DNA from: Candidatus Falkowbacteria bacterium
Lineage (GTDB): Bacteria > Patescibacteriota > Patescibacteriia > Patescibacteriales > WJLG01
DNA length: 64,000 bases
Direction of reading: 5' to 3'
Assembly: GCA_963747695.1 (NCBI GenBank)
Contig: CAVVFV010000001.1
Location: 36,466-100,465, forward strand
Numbering within the stretch: position 1 is the stretch's first letter; every line of letters starts with the position of its first letter. The translations under genes and the position numbers were made by a program. This document shows positions 17,891 through 27,788 of the stretch, one piece after another. The notes below the pieces were generated by a model, which had not been told where the DNA came from, made no database searches, and saw only the letters and a program-made list of their open reading frames with translations.

Positions 17891-18022
17891 GATCCTTCGC
17901 GCGGCGCTCAGGATGACAAAAAATAATGTCGGAAATAGACCCACCCAGATTCCGCGGCGGAATCACCCCTCCTCCCGCACGCTATCGCTTTGCGGTACAA
18001 GCGAGGAGGAACATAATTTTTT
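17891..18022 (-). repeat. GC-rich modular hairpin element, copy B (inverted relative to copy A)
   Basis: The reverse complement reads aaaaaattatgttcctcctcgc...gggaggagg...gggtctatttccgacattattttttgtcatcctgag..aggatc. Confidence 0.7.
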
Positions 18023-18190
18023 CGACCTTATCAGTTTTTCGACTAAGTACCTAATCAACTAATTAACTAATCTGTGGATAACCTGTTGTCAAGTGATAAT
18101 AAATTTACTTTTTGTCAATCAAAAAAGCCATTTTTTATTCTAAGATTAGGTAAATTTGACAGATATCCTCAAATGGCCATTGCGAAACGC

Positions 18191-18219
18191 TTGACAGGGT
18201 GATATTTAGTTGCTAACAT
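18191..18219 (+). promoter_or_regulatory. sigma70-like promoter in the rpoB upstream region
   Basis: TTGACA (18191-18196), a 17-nt spacer, then TAACAT (18214-18219). Confidence 0.4.
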
Positions 18220-18543
18220 TGAGGCACATAAGTTCAGATTCTTCTCATGAGCTTCGAGCTCATTTTTATTCACTTTAAAAGCACTTCCACCGTTTTTTTC
18301 CGACGTTGGAACGTCTTCAAAGGTGATCTATTTAACCAAAATAATTTAACGTCGTTCTAAAACTCAAACCTACATAAAAGGCTTTGAGGTTTTTTTGTCG
18401 TTTAGCGGGTATTTTTTTGCGCCCAGTGTTTTAGTGCCAGGATTTTCAAGGGTTTTTGTCGGAGGATTTTTCTGAAAGATTCAATCGGTCAAGCCATTAA
18501 TTTTGAATATAATTTTTTTAATTAAAAATATTTATTTATATTT

Positions 18544-21500
18544 ATGTCTACCAAAAACGTTCCTAAGGAATTTATCGTCACTGGTACCGGGCGCCGTCTC
18601 TTCACTCACGGCAAGGATATTCTGGAGATGCCGGATCTGATCGAGATGCAGAAGGATTCTTATAAATGGTTCGCCAAAGAAGGTTTGGCTGAACTGTTCG
18701 ACGAGATTTCGCCGATCACCGATTTTATCGGTAGGGATTTGGAACTTTATTTTGAGGAGTTTTATTTGGACGAGCCCAAGTTCGACGAAAAACAATCCCG
18801 CTCCAAGAATATCACTTACGAAGCTCCGTTGCGCGTCAAAACCCGCTTGCTCAACAAGCGCACCAAAGAAGAGACTTCGCAGGAAGTTTTCTTGGGCGAT
18901 TTTCCCTTGATGACCCAGAACGGGACGTTTATCGTCAACGGCATCGAAAGAGTCGTCGTTTCACAATTGATCCGTTCCGCCGGCGTTATTTTCTCGGCCG
19001 AATTCATCAAGGGCAAGAAATATTACGGCGCCAAGATCATTCCGAACCGCGGCGCTTGGTTGGAAATTGAAACTGACGTGAATAAAGTCATCTGGGTGCG
19101 TATCGATCGCAAAAGAAAAGTCGCCGTCACTTCTCTGTTGAGAGCTTTCGGGTATGAGACTGACGAATCGTTGATCAATTTATTCAAAGATATCGACATT
19201 GTCCGCCGCGGCGAAGAGGAACAGACGCACATCGAAGCGACGATCGGCAAGGATGCTGCTCATAATGAAGAAGAAGGTCTTGAAGAAGTTTACAAAAAAA
19301 TCCGCCCGGGCGATCTGGCCAACCCGGAAAACGCCAAGTCTTTGATCTATTCGATGTTCTTCCGCTTCGATCGCTATGATTTCGGCCGCGTTGGTCGTTA
19401 TAAATTAAATCGCCGTTTTGGCGAAGGCTTGCCGGTTAATAAGGAAACCCGCGTTTTGCGCAAGGAAGATCTGGTGAATATCGTCCGCGAAGTCATCCGC
19501 TTGAATATCACCCAAGAGCCGGAAGATGATATCGATCACTTGTCCAACCGCCGCGTCCGCGCCATCGGCGAACTGATCCAGAACCGTTTCCGCGTCGGTC
19601 TGGCGAGAATGGAACGCATCGTCAAAGACCGGATGTCCACCGCCGATATCCATACTTTAACGCCGAACAAGCTGATCAATGCCCGTCCGGTTATTTCGGT
19701 TGTCAAAGAATTTTTTATGTCTTCACAGTTGTCGCAATTTATGGATCAGACCAATCCGCTGGCTGAACTTGAACATAAAAGAAGATTGTCGGCGATGGGC
19801 CCGGGCGGTTTGACCCGCGAGCGCGCCGGCTTCGATGTCCGCGATGTGCACACCACGCACTACGGCCGCATCTGTCCGATCGCCACTCCGGAAGGTCCGA
19901 ACATCGGTTTGGTCGGCCACTTGGCCAGTTTCTCCCGCTTGAATTCTTACGGATTTTTGGAAGCGCCGTATCGGAAAGTGATGCATGATTTGGAAACCAA
20001 CGATAAAGAACTTCCCGGTAATATCACCCGCGAGGACGTTTATGAAATAAAAGACGCGGAATTGCCGCTCGGCAAAAAGCATATTTTAATGGCGGATGTG
20101 CCGGCCAACAAGAAAGGCAAAGTGCTCGTCAAAGCGGGAGAAAAAATCACTCATGAAGACGCGAAGACCATCAAAGATAAAGTGAACGCGAAAGTTTTGA
20201 TCCCGGTCGTACCGAAAGTCACCGACGAGATCGTCTATCTGGACGCTTTTGAAGAAGAAAAATTCATTTCCACTGCCGCCACCACGCCGATCGACGAGAA
20301 CGGCCATTTTATGGTGGCCACTTGCGAAGTGAGAAAATTCAACGAGCCGACCACGGCCGGCGTCGAGCAAGTCGATTTGTTCGGAGTCGCCGCCAATCAG
20401 ATCATTTCCATCGCCACTTCTTTGATTCCGTTTATGGAACATAACGACGGCCAGCGCGCCCTGATGGGTACGAACATGCAGCGCCAAGCCGTACCGTTGA
20501 TGGTGGCCGAATCGCCGATCGTCGGCACCGGCGCGGAAGAACGCGCCGCCCGCGATTCCGGCCATGAGATCATTTCTTTGGAAGAAGGCGAAGTCACTTT
20601 TGTCGACGCCGCTAAGATAATCGTTCGCAATAAGAAAGGTGAAGATAAGATTTATGAATTGACCAAATTTTTGCGCTCGAACGCTTCGACCTGTATCAAC
20701 CAGCGTCCGATCGTTTCACTCGGCGACCATGTCAAAAAGCACCAGGTGCTTTCCGACGGTCCGGTGATCGACAAAGGCGAATTAGCTTTGGGCAAGAACG
20801 TCCTGATCGCTTTCATGGTTTGGGAAGGTTTCAACTACGAAGATGCGGTGATCGTTTCCGAACGGATGGTCCGCGATGACATCTTCACTTCCATATATAT
20901 TGAGAACTACACTGTTGATGTCCGCGACACCAAGCTTGGTCCGGAATTGATCACCAATGATATTCCGAATATCTCCGAAGAAAAATTGAAGAACTTGGAC
21001 GAGAACGGTGTGATCCGCATCGGCGCCGAAGTTTCCTCCGGCGATATCTTGGTCGGTAAAATCACCCCGAAGGGCGAAACCGAATTATCGGCGGAAGAAA
21101 AATTACTGCGCGTCATCTTCGGCGAAAAAGCCAAAGACGTCCGCGACTCTTCTTTGTATCTCGAACACGGCGAACACGGCAAAGTGGTTGATATCAAATA
21201 TTTTTCCCGCGAAGCTGGCGATAAATTAGCTGCCGGCGTCATCCAATCGATCCAGGTTTCCGTCGCCAATCTGCGCAAGATCCAGGTCGGCGATAAAGTT
21301 GCCGGTCGCTACGGCAATAAGGGTGTTATTTCCCGCGTGGTCGCTGCCGAAGATATGCCATATATGGAAGACGGCACGCCGATCGACGTCATTTTATCTC
21401 CTTTGGGTATTATTTCTCGTATGAATTTGGGCCAGACTTTGGAAGTCCATTTGGGTTTTGCCGCCAAGAAATTGGGCTATAAAGTCGCGACTCCGGCCTT

Positions 21501-22107
21501 GAACGGCATTGGCGAGGAAAAGATCAAAGAAGAATTGCTCCGCGCCGGTTTGCCGATTGACGGCAAGATCGCTCTCTTCGATGGAAAAACCGGCCTGCCT
21601 TATGAAAATAAAGTTGTCGTCGGAATGAAGTATTTGCTGAAATTAAATCATATGGTCGAAGATAAGATGCACCAGCGCTCCATTGGTCCTTATTCTTTGA
21701 TCACCCAGCAGCCGTTGGGCGGCAAGGCGCAATTCGGCGGCCAGCGCTTCGGAGAAATGGAAGTCTGGGCTTTGGAAGGCTATGGCGCCGCGCATACTTT
21801 GCAGGAAATTTTGACGATCAAATCCGATGATGTCCCGGGACGTTCCGCCGCTTACGAATCGATCATCAAGGGCGAGAAGATCAATAAGGTCAACGTGCCG
21901 GAATCGTTTAATGTCTTAGTGCGCGAATTGAAAGGTTTATGCCTGGACGTCCAGCTCTTGGGCGAAAAGCGTTCCGAAGGCGAGGAAGGACCTCGGGACC
22001 GCGACGATGTCCGCCGCTCCAATCAGGACCGCCGGATCGAAGCCACTGATAAGCCGGGATGGGGGAAAGAAACTGGTGAAGAAAAGTCTGAAAAGAAGGA
22101 AGAATAA
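18544..22107 (+). CDS. rpoB: DNA-directed RNA polymerase subunit beta
   Basis: Full-length match to RpoB hallmarks (FMDQTNPLAELEHKRRLSAMGPGGL, NMQRQAVP, GDKVAGRYGNKGV, GGQRFGEMEVWALE). Confidence 0.98.
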   Translation: MSTKNVPKEFIVTGTGRRLFTHGKDILEMPDLIEMQKDSYKWFAKEGLAELFDEISPITDFIGRDLELYFEEFYLDEPKFDEKQSRSKNITYEAPLRVKTRLLNKRTKEETSQEVFLGDFPLMTQNGTFIVNGIERVVVSQLIRSAGVIFSAEFIKGKKYYGAKIIPNRGAWLEIETDVNKVIWVRIDRKRKVAVTSLLRAFGYETDESLINLFKDIDIVRRGEEEQTHIEATIGKDAAHNEEEGLEEVYKKIRPGDLANPENAKSLIYSMFFRFDRYDFGRVGRYKLNRRFGEGLPVNKETRVLRKEDLVNIVREVIRLNITQEPEDDIDHLSNRRVRAIGELIQNRFRVGLARMERIVKDRMSTADIHTLTPNKLINARPVISVVKEFFMSSQLSQFMDQTNPLAELEHKRRLSAMGPGGLTRERAGFDVRDVHTTHYGRICPIATPEGPNIGLVGHLASFSRLNSYGFLEAPYRKVMHDLETNDKELPGNITREDVYEIKDAELPLGKKHILMADVPANKKGKVLVKAGEKITHEDAKTIKDKVNAKVLIPVVPKVTDEIVYLDAFEEEKFISTAATTPIDENGHFMVATCEVRKFNEPTTAGVEQVDLFGVAANQIISIATSLIPFMEHNDGQRALMGTNMQRQAVPLMVAESPIVGTGAEERAARDSGHEIISLEEGEVTFVDAAKIIVRNKKGEDKIYELTKFLRSNASTCINQRPIVSLGDHVKKHQVLSDGPVIDKGELALGKNVLIAFMVWEGFNYEDAVIVSERMVRDDIFTSIYIENYTVDVRDTKLGPELITNDIPNISEEKLKNLDENGVIRIGAEVSSGDILVGKITPKGETELSAEEKLLRVIFGEKAKDVRDSSLYLEHGEHGKVVDIKYFSREAGDKLAAGVIQSIQVSVANLRKIQVGDKVAGRYGNKGVISRVVAAEDMPYMEDGTPIDVILSPLGIISRMNLGQTLEVHLGFAAKKLGYKVATPALNGIGEEKIKEELLRAGLPIDGKIALFDGKTGLPYENKVVVGMKYLLKLNHMVEDKMHQRSIGPYSLITQQPLGGKAQFGGQRFGEMEVWALEGYGAAHTLQEILTIKSDDVPGRSAAYESIIKGEKINKVNVPESFNVLVRELKGLCLDVQLLGEKRSEGEEGPRDRDDVRRSNQDRRIEATDKPGWGKETGEEKSEKKEE

Positions 22108-22261
22108 AATGCTAAATGCTAAATGATGAATGCTAAATTGTTCATCGAATAGTATTCTCAAATACTCCGCCTCAAAAATTATAAATTATAGATTATAAAT
22201 TATAAATTTGGGGCGGGGGATTGAGGATGATATAGGAAGTAAGAAGTAAAAAGTAATAAGT

Positions 22262-22402
22262 AAAAAAGTCCCCTCCTCGGGAGGCCCGCCTACGCTAAAA
22301 CTACGGCAGGGCAAGGGTGGCCCATCTTAAAAAAGACAGCTTGCCCAACGAAGCTCCGCCACGGAGCGAAGTTGGGGGGTGGGTCTATTCCCGACAATAT
22401 TA
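22262..22402 (+). repeat. GC-rich modular hairpin element, copy C
   Basis: aaaaagtcccctcctcgggagg...(expanded middle)...gggtctattcccgacaatatt. Confidence 0.65.
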
Positions 22403-22476
22403 ATTTCAAATTTTCAATTTTCAAATAATTTTTCAATTTGTAAATTTTAATTTTTTTGCGCTACGGGCAATAATTG

Positions 22477-22506
22477 CGTCGCAGTCCCGAGGCGGAGACT
22501 GCGACG
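22477..22506. repeat. 'gcagtc' GC hairpin, copy 1
   Basis: cgtcgcagtc-ccgaggcgga-gactgcgacg is a perfect 10-bp stem. The same loop with a compensated stem occurs at 54754-54783. Confidence 0.7.
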
Positions 22507-22642
22507 GAACCAAATTATTAATTTTGTAATTTTTAAAGAAATCATAATTTTTAATTTTTAGATTATTTTTCGACTCTTTTAAAAATTGAGCCTTAAAAAT
22601 TGTTTAAAAATTAAAAATTATAAAATTAAAAATTTTATATCT

Positions 22643-25600
22643 ATGTTAAACCCCATTAAAACATCTGATTTCGATGCCATCAAGCTTAAGCTGGCGTCGC
22701 CCGCGGAAATGCTGGCCTGGTCGCATGGCGAGGTGACTCGTCCGGAGACGATCAACTATCGCACGCAAAAAGCCGAAAAAGACGGCTTGTTTTGCGAGCG
22801 CATTTTCGGACCTTCCCGCGATTGGGAATGTTATTGCGGCAAATACAAGAAGATCCGCTATAAAGGCATCGTCTGCGACAAGTGCGGCGTCGAAGTGACG
22901 CGCTCTATCGTCCGCCGCGAACGCTTCGGCCACATCAAGCTGGAAACTCCTTGCACGCATATCTGGTTCTTGCGCGGCATCGCTTCCAAGATCGGTTTGT
23001 TATTGAATCTGTCGATGCAGTCTCTGGAAAAGGTGGTTTATTTCGCGAGCTTCATCATCACTGACGTGAATATGGATTTGAAGAACGCCACGCTGGAACA
23101 GATCAAGGGCGAATTCAAGGAAAAGAAAAAATCTATCGCCGATGAATTCAATCACCAGGTGAAAGAGATCCGCAATAAGAAAGGCAAGATGATGAATGAA
23201 GGCGAATCCGCCGCTGCGGCCGAGTTGGCTTTAGGCAAAGAGACCGATGCGCTGGCCAAGGTCCGTGATGAGAAACTGGCGAATTTGAATACTTATTTTT
23301 CCGAATCGCAGCGCGAATTGAAAGATTTGAAACCGATGTTGGTCGTTTCCGAAGATATTTATCAGCGCTTGTCGTTGAAGTACGGCCATATCTTCGAAGC
23401 CGGTATCGGCGCCGAAGCGATCGTGAAGATTTTGGAAAAGATCGATCTCGCTAAGACGATCGACAAATTGGAAAAAGAATTGGGCGACGCGGTTGAATCC
23501 AAACAGGAAAAGATCGTTAAACGCTTGAAACTTTTAAAGAGCTTGCGAGCCAACGATATCCGTCCGGAATGGATGGTGCTTTCCATCATTCCGGTCATCC
23601 CGCCTGATCTCCGTCCGATGGTTTCCCTGGAAGGCGGACGTTTCGCCACTTCCGATCTGAATGATCTGTATCGCCGCGTCATCAATCGCAATAACCGTTT
23701 GAAGCAATTGATCGAATTGGCCGCGCCGGAAGTCATCTGCCGCAACGAAAAGAGAATGCTGCAGGAAGCCGTCGATGCTTTGATCGATAACTCGGCTCGC
23801 GCTTCCAAGACCACCATCGCTTCCACCGGTCAGAAAAGACAATTGAAATCCTTGGCCGATTCGCTCAAGGGCAAGCAAGGAAGATTCCGCCAGAACTTGC
23901 TTGGTAAGCGTACCGATTATTCCGGCCGCTCGGTCATCGTCGTCAATCCGAAATTGAATCTCGACCAGTGCGGTTTGCCCAAGCGCATGGCTTTGGAATT
24001 GTTCAAGCCGTTCATCATCAGCAAACTTATTGAGCGCGAAATAGTTCATAATGTTCGTTCGGCTTCAAGACATATTGACGCCGGTCCGGACGAGGTTTGG
24101 GATATTTTGGAAGACATCGTCAATAAATCTTACGTGCTCTTGAACCGCGCTCCGACTTTGCACCGCCTCGGTATCCAAGCTTTCAAACCGATCTTGATCG
24201 AAGGCAAGGCCATCCAGATCCATCCTTTGGTTTGTACCGCTTTCAATGCCGACTTCGATGGCGACCAGATGGCCGTCCACGTGCCGTTGACCGAAGAAGC
24301 TAAGGCCGAAGCCCGCGACTTGATGCTCGCTTCCCACAATTTATTGAAACCGGCCACCGGCGATCCAATCGTCACGCCGAACCAGGATATCGTCTGGGGC
24401 GCTTACTATATCACTTACTCGGATGAAAAGCCGGAACTGAAAGCTGAAAAAGATTTCCGCTATTTCTATAACGAGACTGACGCCAAGAACGCTTACGAAT
24501 ACGGCCAGATCAAATTGCAGAATTTCATCAAGGTTAAAATCAACGGCGAGATGGTCAAGACGACTGTCGGCCGCATCCTCTTCAATGAAGTTTTGCCGGA
24601 AAAATTACGCTTTATGAACAAGGTCGTCAAAAAAGGCGATCTGAAACAAGTCGTGAAAGATTGCTTGCGCCATTACGGCGAAGAAGAAACCGTGAAGTTC
24701 GTCGACAGCTTGAAGAACCGCGCTTTCGAACTGATCACCAAGAGCGGTTTGTCTTTCGGGATGTCCGACTTGCCGTCTTTTCCCGATGTGGACACGGCCA
24801 TCGCCGCCGCTGATATCAAAGTCGATGAGATCAAATCTCAATTCGAAGAAGGTTTGCTCACCGATTCGGAACGTTCGAGCAAGACCATCGAGCTTTGGAG
24901 CGACGTGAAAGAAGATATTATGGATATCTGTAAGAAACAGTTGCCGCCTTCCAGCTCGGTTTACTCGATGATCGATTCCGGCGCTCGCGGATCCTGGGCG
25001 CAGCTGACGCAGATCCTCGGTATGAAAGGTTTGGTGACTTCGCCGTCCGGCGGCATCATCGAATTGCCGGTCAAAGGAAATTTCAAAAAAGGTTTTGATG
25101 TTTTGGAATATTTCATCTCTACTCACGGCGTCCGTAAAGGTTTGTCCGATACGGCTTTGCGTACCGCCAACGCCGGTTATCTGACCCGCCGTTTGGTCGA
25201 TGTGGCGCAAGACGTGATCGTCTCCGAAGATGATTGCGGCGACGAAGAAGGAATCGTCATCACTAAAAAGGAGAGCGAGGAGATGGGCGAATCGCTGATG
25301 AAACGGATTAGCGGCCGCTATCTTGCTAAAGACTTGAAGGATGTTAACGGCAAAGTGGTGATGAAGAAAGGCGAACTGCTGACGGAAGATGCCATCGAAG
25401 ATATTTCCAAAAAAGAAATCGATGAGGCTTGCATCCGTTCCGTCTTATCTTGTCATCTGCCCCGCGGCATCTGCGCTCATTGCTATGGCTATGATCTGGC
25501 GAGAAATAAAACGGTCGCGGTCGGCGTTCCGGTCGGCATCATTGCCGCGCAAAGCATCGGCGAACCGGGCACTCAGCTGACGATGAGAACCTTCCATACC

Positions 25601-26575
25601 GGCGGCGTGGCCGGCGGCTCTGACATCACCCAAGGTTTACCGAGAGTGGAAGAAATTTTTGAAAATCGCACGCCGAAGAAAAAGGCGATCATTTCCGATG
25701 TTGATGGCAAAGTGAAGATCGAATCGGAACAGAAAACCATCAAGGACGAGAACGGCGCCGAAGTTTTAGTGACCAATGCCCGCGTTAAGATCTTGAAAAT
25801 ATATTTTAAAGGCGAGACGACCGAAAAATATCGCTTGAGTCCGGTGGCCGAAGAGGGCGATGTGAAAAAAGATGCGATGAAGATCCTGGTCAAGGAAGGC
25901 GACGAAGTGAAAGCCGGCGAGGCGCTTTATACTTTGGGCAAAAAGACTGTCACGTCCCGCGAATCGGGCCGGGTGGTGATTACTGCCAAGCACATCAAAG
26001 TGATCAGGGAAACCGAAAAAGTTGAAGAGATGATTATCCCGAAAGGAACGACTTTGTTGGTGAAGGACGGCGACGAAGTCAAACGCGGTCAGCAATTGAC
26101 CGACGGTAGTTTGGACTTGGATCAATTGTTCCGTCTGCAGGGCCGAGCCGCGGTGCAGAAATACATCATCAAGGAAATTCAGTACGTTTATTCTTCGCAA
26201 GGCCAGCCGTTGAATGACAAGCACGTCGAGATCATCGCTCATCAGATGTTCTCCCGCTTTTTGATTACCGAGGCCGGTAAATCCGATCTGTTGCCCGGCG
26301 AAGTTGTCGAGGAAAGCATCATCGCCCGCTTGGATGAAGACGTGCGCAAGACGGTCAAAGCGGAAAGATTGCTTTCCGGAATCACCAAAGCTTCTTTGAC
26401 CACGGAAAGCTTCCTCTCGGCCGCTTCCTTCCAGGAAACCGCCCGAGTCTTGATCGATGCCGCTTTATCCGGTAAGATCGATTATCTCGAAGGCTTGAAA
26501 GAAAACGTCATCATCGGCTGCCTGATTCCCGCCGGCACCGGCTATAAGGGACGGAAGAAAAGAGCGAAGTACTAA
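22643..26575 (+). CDS. rpoC: DNA-directed RNA polymerase subunit beta'
   Basis: MLNPIKTSDFDAIKLKLASPAEMLAWSHGEV, NADFDGDQMAVH and zinc-finger cysteines. The true start is ATG 22643; the track's 22586 start reads through AT-rich repeat DNA. Confidence 0.98.
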   Translation: MLNPIKTSDFDAIKLKLASPAEMLAWSHGEVTRPETINYRTQKAEKDGLFCERIFGPSRDWECYCGKYKKIRYKGIVCDKCGVEVTRSIVRRERFGHIKLETPCTHIWFLRGIASKIGLLLNLSMQSLEKVVYFASFIITDVNMDLKNATLEQIKGEFKEKKKSIADEFNHQVKEIRNKKGKMMNEGESAAAAELALGKETDALAKVRDEKLANLNTYFSESQRELKDLKPMLVVSEDIYQRLSLKYGHIFEAGIGAEAIVKILEKIDLAKTIDKLEKELGDAVESKQEKIVKRLKLLKSLRANDIRPEWMVLSIIPVIPPDLRPMVSLEGGRFATSDLNDLYRRVINRNNRLKQLIELAAPEVICRNEKRMLQEAVDALIDNSARASKTTIASTGQKRQLKSLADSLKGKQGRFRQNLLGKRTDYSGRSVIVVNPKLNLDQCGLPKRMALELFKPFIISKLIEREIVHNVRSASRHIDAGPDEVWDILEDIVNKSYVLLNRAPTLHRLGIQAFKPILIEGKAIQIHPLVCTAFNADFDGDQMAVHVPLTEEAKAEARDLMLASHNLLKPATGDPIVTPNQDIVWGAYYITYSDEKPELKAEKDFRYFYNETDAKNAYEYGQIKLQNFIKVKINGEMVKTTVGRILFNEVLPEKLRFMNKVVKKGDLKQVVKDCLRHYGEEETVKFVDSLKNRAFELITKSGLSFGMSDLPSFPDVDTAIAAADIKVDEIKSQFEEGLLTDSERSSKTIELWSDVKEDIMDICKKQLPPSSSVYSMIDSGARGSWAQLTQILGMKGLVTSPSGGIIELPVKGNFKKGFDVLEYFISTHGVRKGLSDTALRTANAGYLTRRLVDVAQDVIVSEDDCGDEEGIVITKKESEEMGESLMKRISGRYLAKDLKDVNGKVVMKKGELLTEDAIEDISKKEIDEACIRSVLSCHLPRGICAHCYGYDLARNKTVAVGVPVGIIAAQSIGEPGTQLTMRTFHTGGVAGGSDITQGLPRVEEIFENRTPKKKAIISDVDGKVKIESEQKTIKDENGAEVLVTNARVKILKIYFKGETTEKYRLSPVAEEGDVKKDAMKILVKEGDEVKAGEALYTLGKKTVTSRESGRVVITAKHIKVIRETEKVEEMIIPKGTTLLVKDGDEVKRGQQLTDGSLDLDQLFRLQGRAAVQKYIIKEIQYVYSSQGQPLNDKHVEIIAHQMFSRFLITEAGKSDLLPGEVVEESIIARLDEDVRKTVKAERLLSGITKASLTTESFLSAASFQETARVLIDAALSGKIDYLEGLKENVIIGCLIPAGTGYKGRKKRAKY

Positions 26576-26625
26576 TTTATAGATTTTTATTAAAAGCAAC
26601 CTTAACCATTGGTTTGAATTCTGAA

Positions 26626-26709
26626 ATTGTTATATTGTTATATTGCTATATTGTTAATGATTTTTAAAATCATTGCACAACAATATGACAATATAACAAT
26701 ATGGCAATG
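26626..26709. repeat. family A ('caatat') long hairpin
   Basis: The left arm has TTGNTATA 8-mers (ttgttatattgttatattgctatattgtt). The right arm has TATANCAA 8-mers (aacaatatgacaatataacaatatggcaa). Confidence 0.8.
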
Positions 26710-26754
26710 CCTTTCATGGAACAGAATTTTTAATTAAGCAATAGTTGGGGTTAT

Positions 26755-26958
26755 ATGAAAAATATGTCTAAAAGATGTGATATTTGCGGGCAAGGCCCGA
26801 CTCGGGGAGCGAAACGTTCCCATTCCAACCGCCAAACTCTCAAGCGGCAATATTTGAACTTGCAAACCGCCACGATCGGCGGCAAGAAAGTCAAACTTTG
26901 CGCCCGCTGTCTGAAAACTTCCAAAAAATCGGCGAAAGCCGCCGCCAAGAAAAAATAA
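26755..26958 (+). CDS. rpmB: 50S ribosomal protein L28
   Basis: MSKRCDICGQGPTRGAKRSHSNRQTLKRQYLNLQ is L28-like. The start may be 26764. Confidence 0.85.
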   Translation: MKNMSKRCDICGQGPTRGAKRSHSNRQTLKRQYLNLQTATIGGKKVKLCARCLKTSKKSAKAAAKKK

Positions 26959-26960
26959 CC

Positions 26961-27050
26961 AATAAAAAATACCAGATATTTAAAAAAATATTAAAATATT
27001 TAAATATTGAATTATTTTTTAAAATATTGGTTATTTGATATTGGATATTT
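26961..27050. repeat. family G ('ccaatatcaaataacc') hairpin-like repeat
   Basis: aatattggttatttgatattgg is shared with 51541-51566 (tttgatattggttatttgatatt). Confidence 0.55.
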
Positions 27051-27069
27051 TAGAAATATTCCAATTTTT

Positions 27070-27663
27070 ATGCTTATCGGAATTTTCATTATCGTTGTCC
27101 TAATCTTTTCGGCTATTGTCCATGAGTATATGCATGGCTGGATGGCCAACGAGCTCGGCGATCCGACGGCCAAGAATGCCGGACGTTTGACGTTAAATCC
27201 GTTAGCGCACCTTGATCTTTTCGGTTCGGTGCTGCTGCCGATTTTTTTGTATTTTACCACCGGATTCATTTTCGGCTATGCCAAACCGGTGCCCTACAAT
27301 CCCTTCAATCTTCGCGATCCGAAATACGATCCGGTCAAAGTGGCGCTAGCCGGCCCGCTCTCCAATCTGGTTTTGGCGATTTTTTTCGGCTTGTTCATCC
27401 GCTTTGTTCCGCTTTCCAATCAGTTGTTGGTGCAATTGCTCGACGTGATCGTGGAAATAAATCTGATTTTATTTATTTTCAACATCCTGCCGATTCCGCA
27501 ATTGGACGGCTCGCGGGTTATTTTTCCTTTTTTACCCAGACCGATCCAGGAATTCTATCTGCGCACCGAGCGCTACGGCACGATCATCGCCCTGCTTTTC
27601 GTCCTGCTCGCCTTTCCCTTTATTGCCGTTATCGTTGATTTTCTTTTTAAATTGATTGTCTGA
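27070..27663 (+). CDS. site-2 protease family (M50) membrane metalloprotease
   Basis: HEYMHGW (HExxH), LNPLAHLDLFGS, and several hydrophobic segments. ATG 27070 is preferred to the TTG at 27007, which lies inside repeat DNA. Confidence 0.7.
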   Translation: MLIGIFIIVVLIFSAIVHEYMHGWMANELGDPTAKNAGRLTLNPLAHLDLFGSVLLPIFLYFTTGFIFGYAKPVPYNPFNLRDPKYDPVKVALAGPLSNLVLAIFFGLFIRFVPLSNQLLVQLLDVIVEINLILFIFNILPIPQLDGSRVIFPFLPRPIQEFYLRTERYGTIIALLFVLLAFPFIAVIVDFLFKLIV

Positions 27664-27788
27664 CGCAGGTCTGGCTTTAAATTGAATTTTATAAATACCG
27701 AGAATGACTCGGTATTTTTGATATTCTGAAGGCTCTTGACAGCAGAATTTCACTGTGCTACTATGGTAATACAGTAAAACATATCCTT

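Noticed and set aside
18073-18081. A perfect DnaA box (tgtggataa, the reverse complement of TTATCCACA) upstream of rpoB, as a possible replication origin.
   Set aside because: There is only one perfect box, plus one 8/9 match far away near 57420. There is no cluster of boxes, no adjacent dnaA or dnaN, and no obvious AT-rich unwinding element organisation.
26784-27038. The 84-aa ORF overlapping rpmB in another frame, and similar small overlapping ORFs (for example 4612-4800, 6782-6979, 13178-13402).
   Set aside because: They are fully nested in or overlapping better-supported genes, have no motifs, and lack plausible start contexts.
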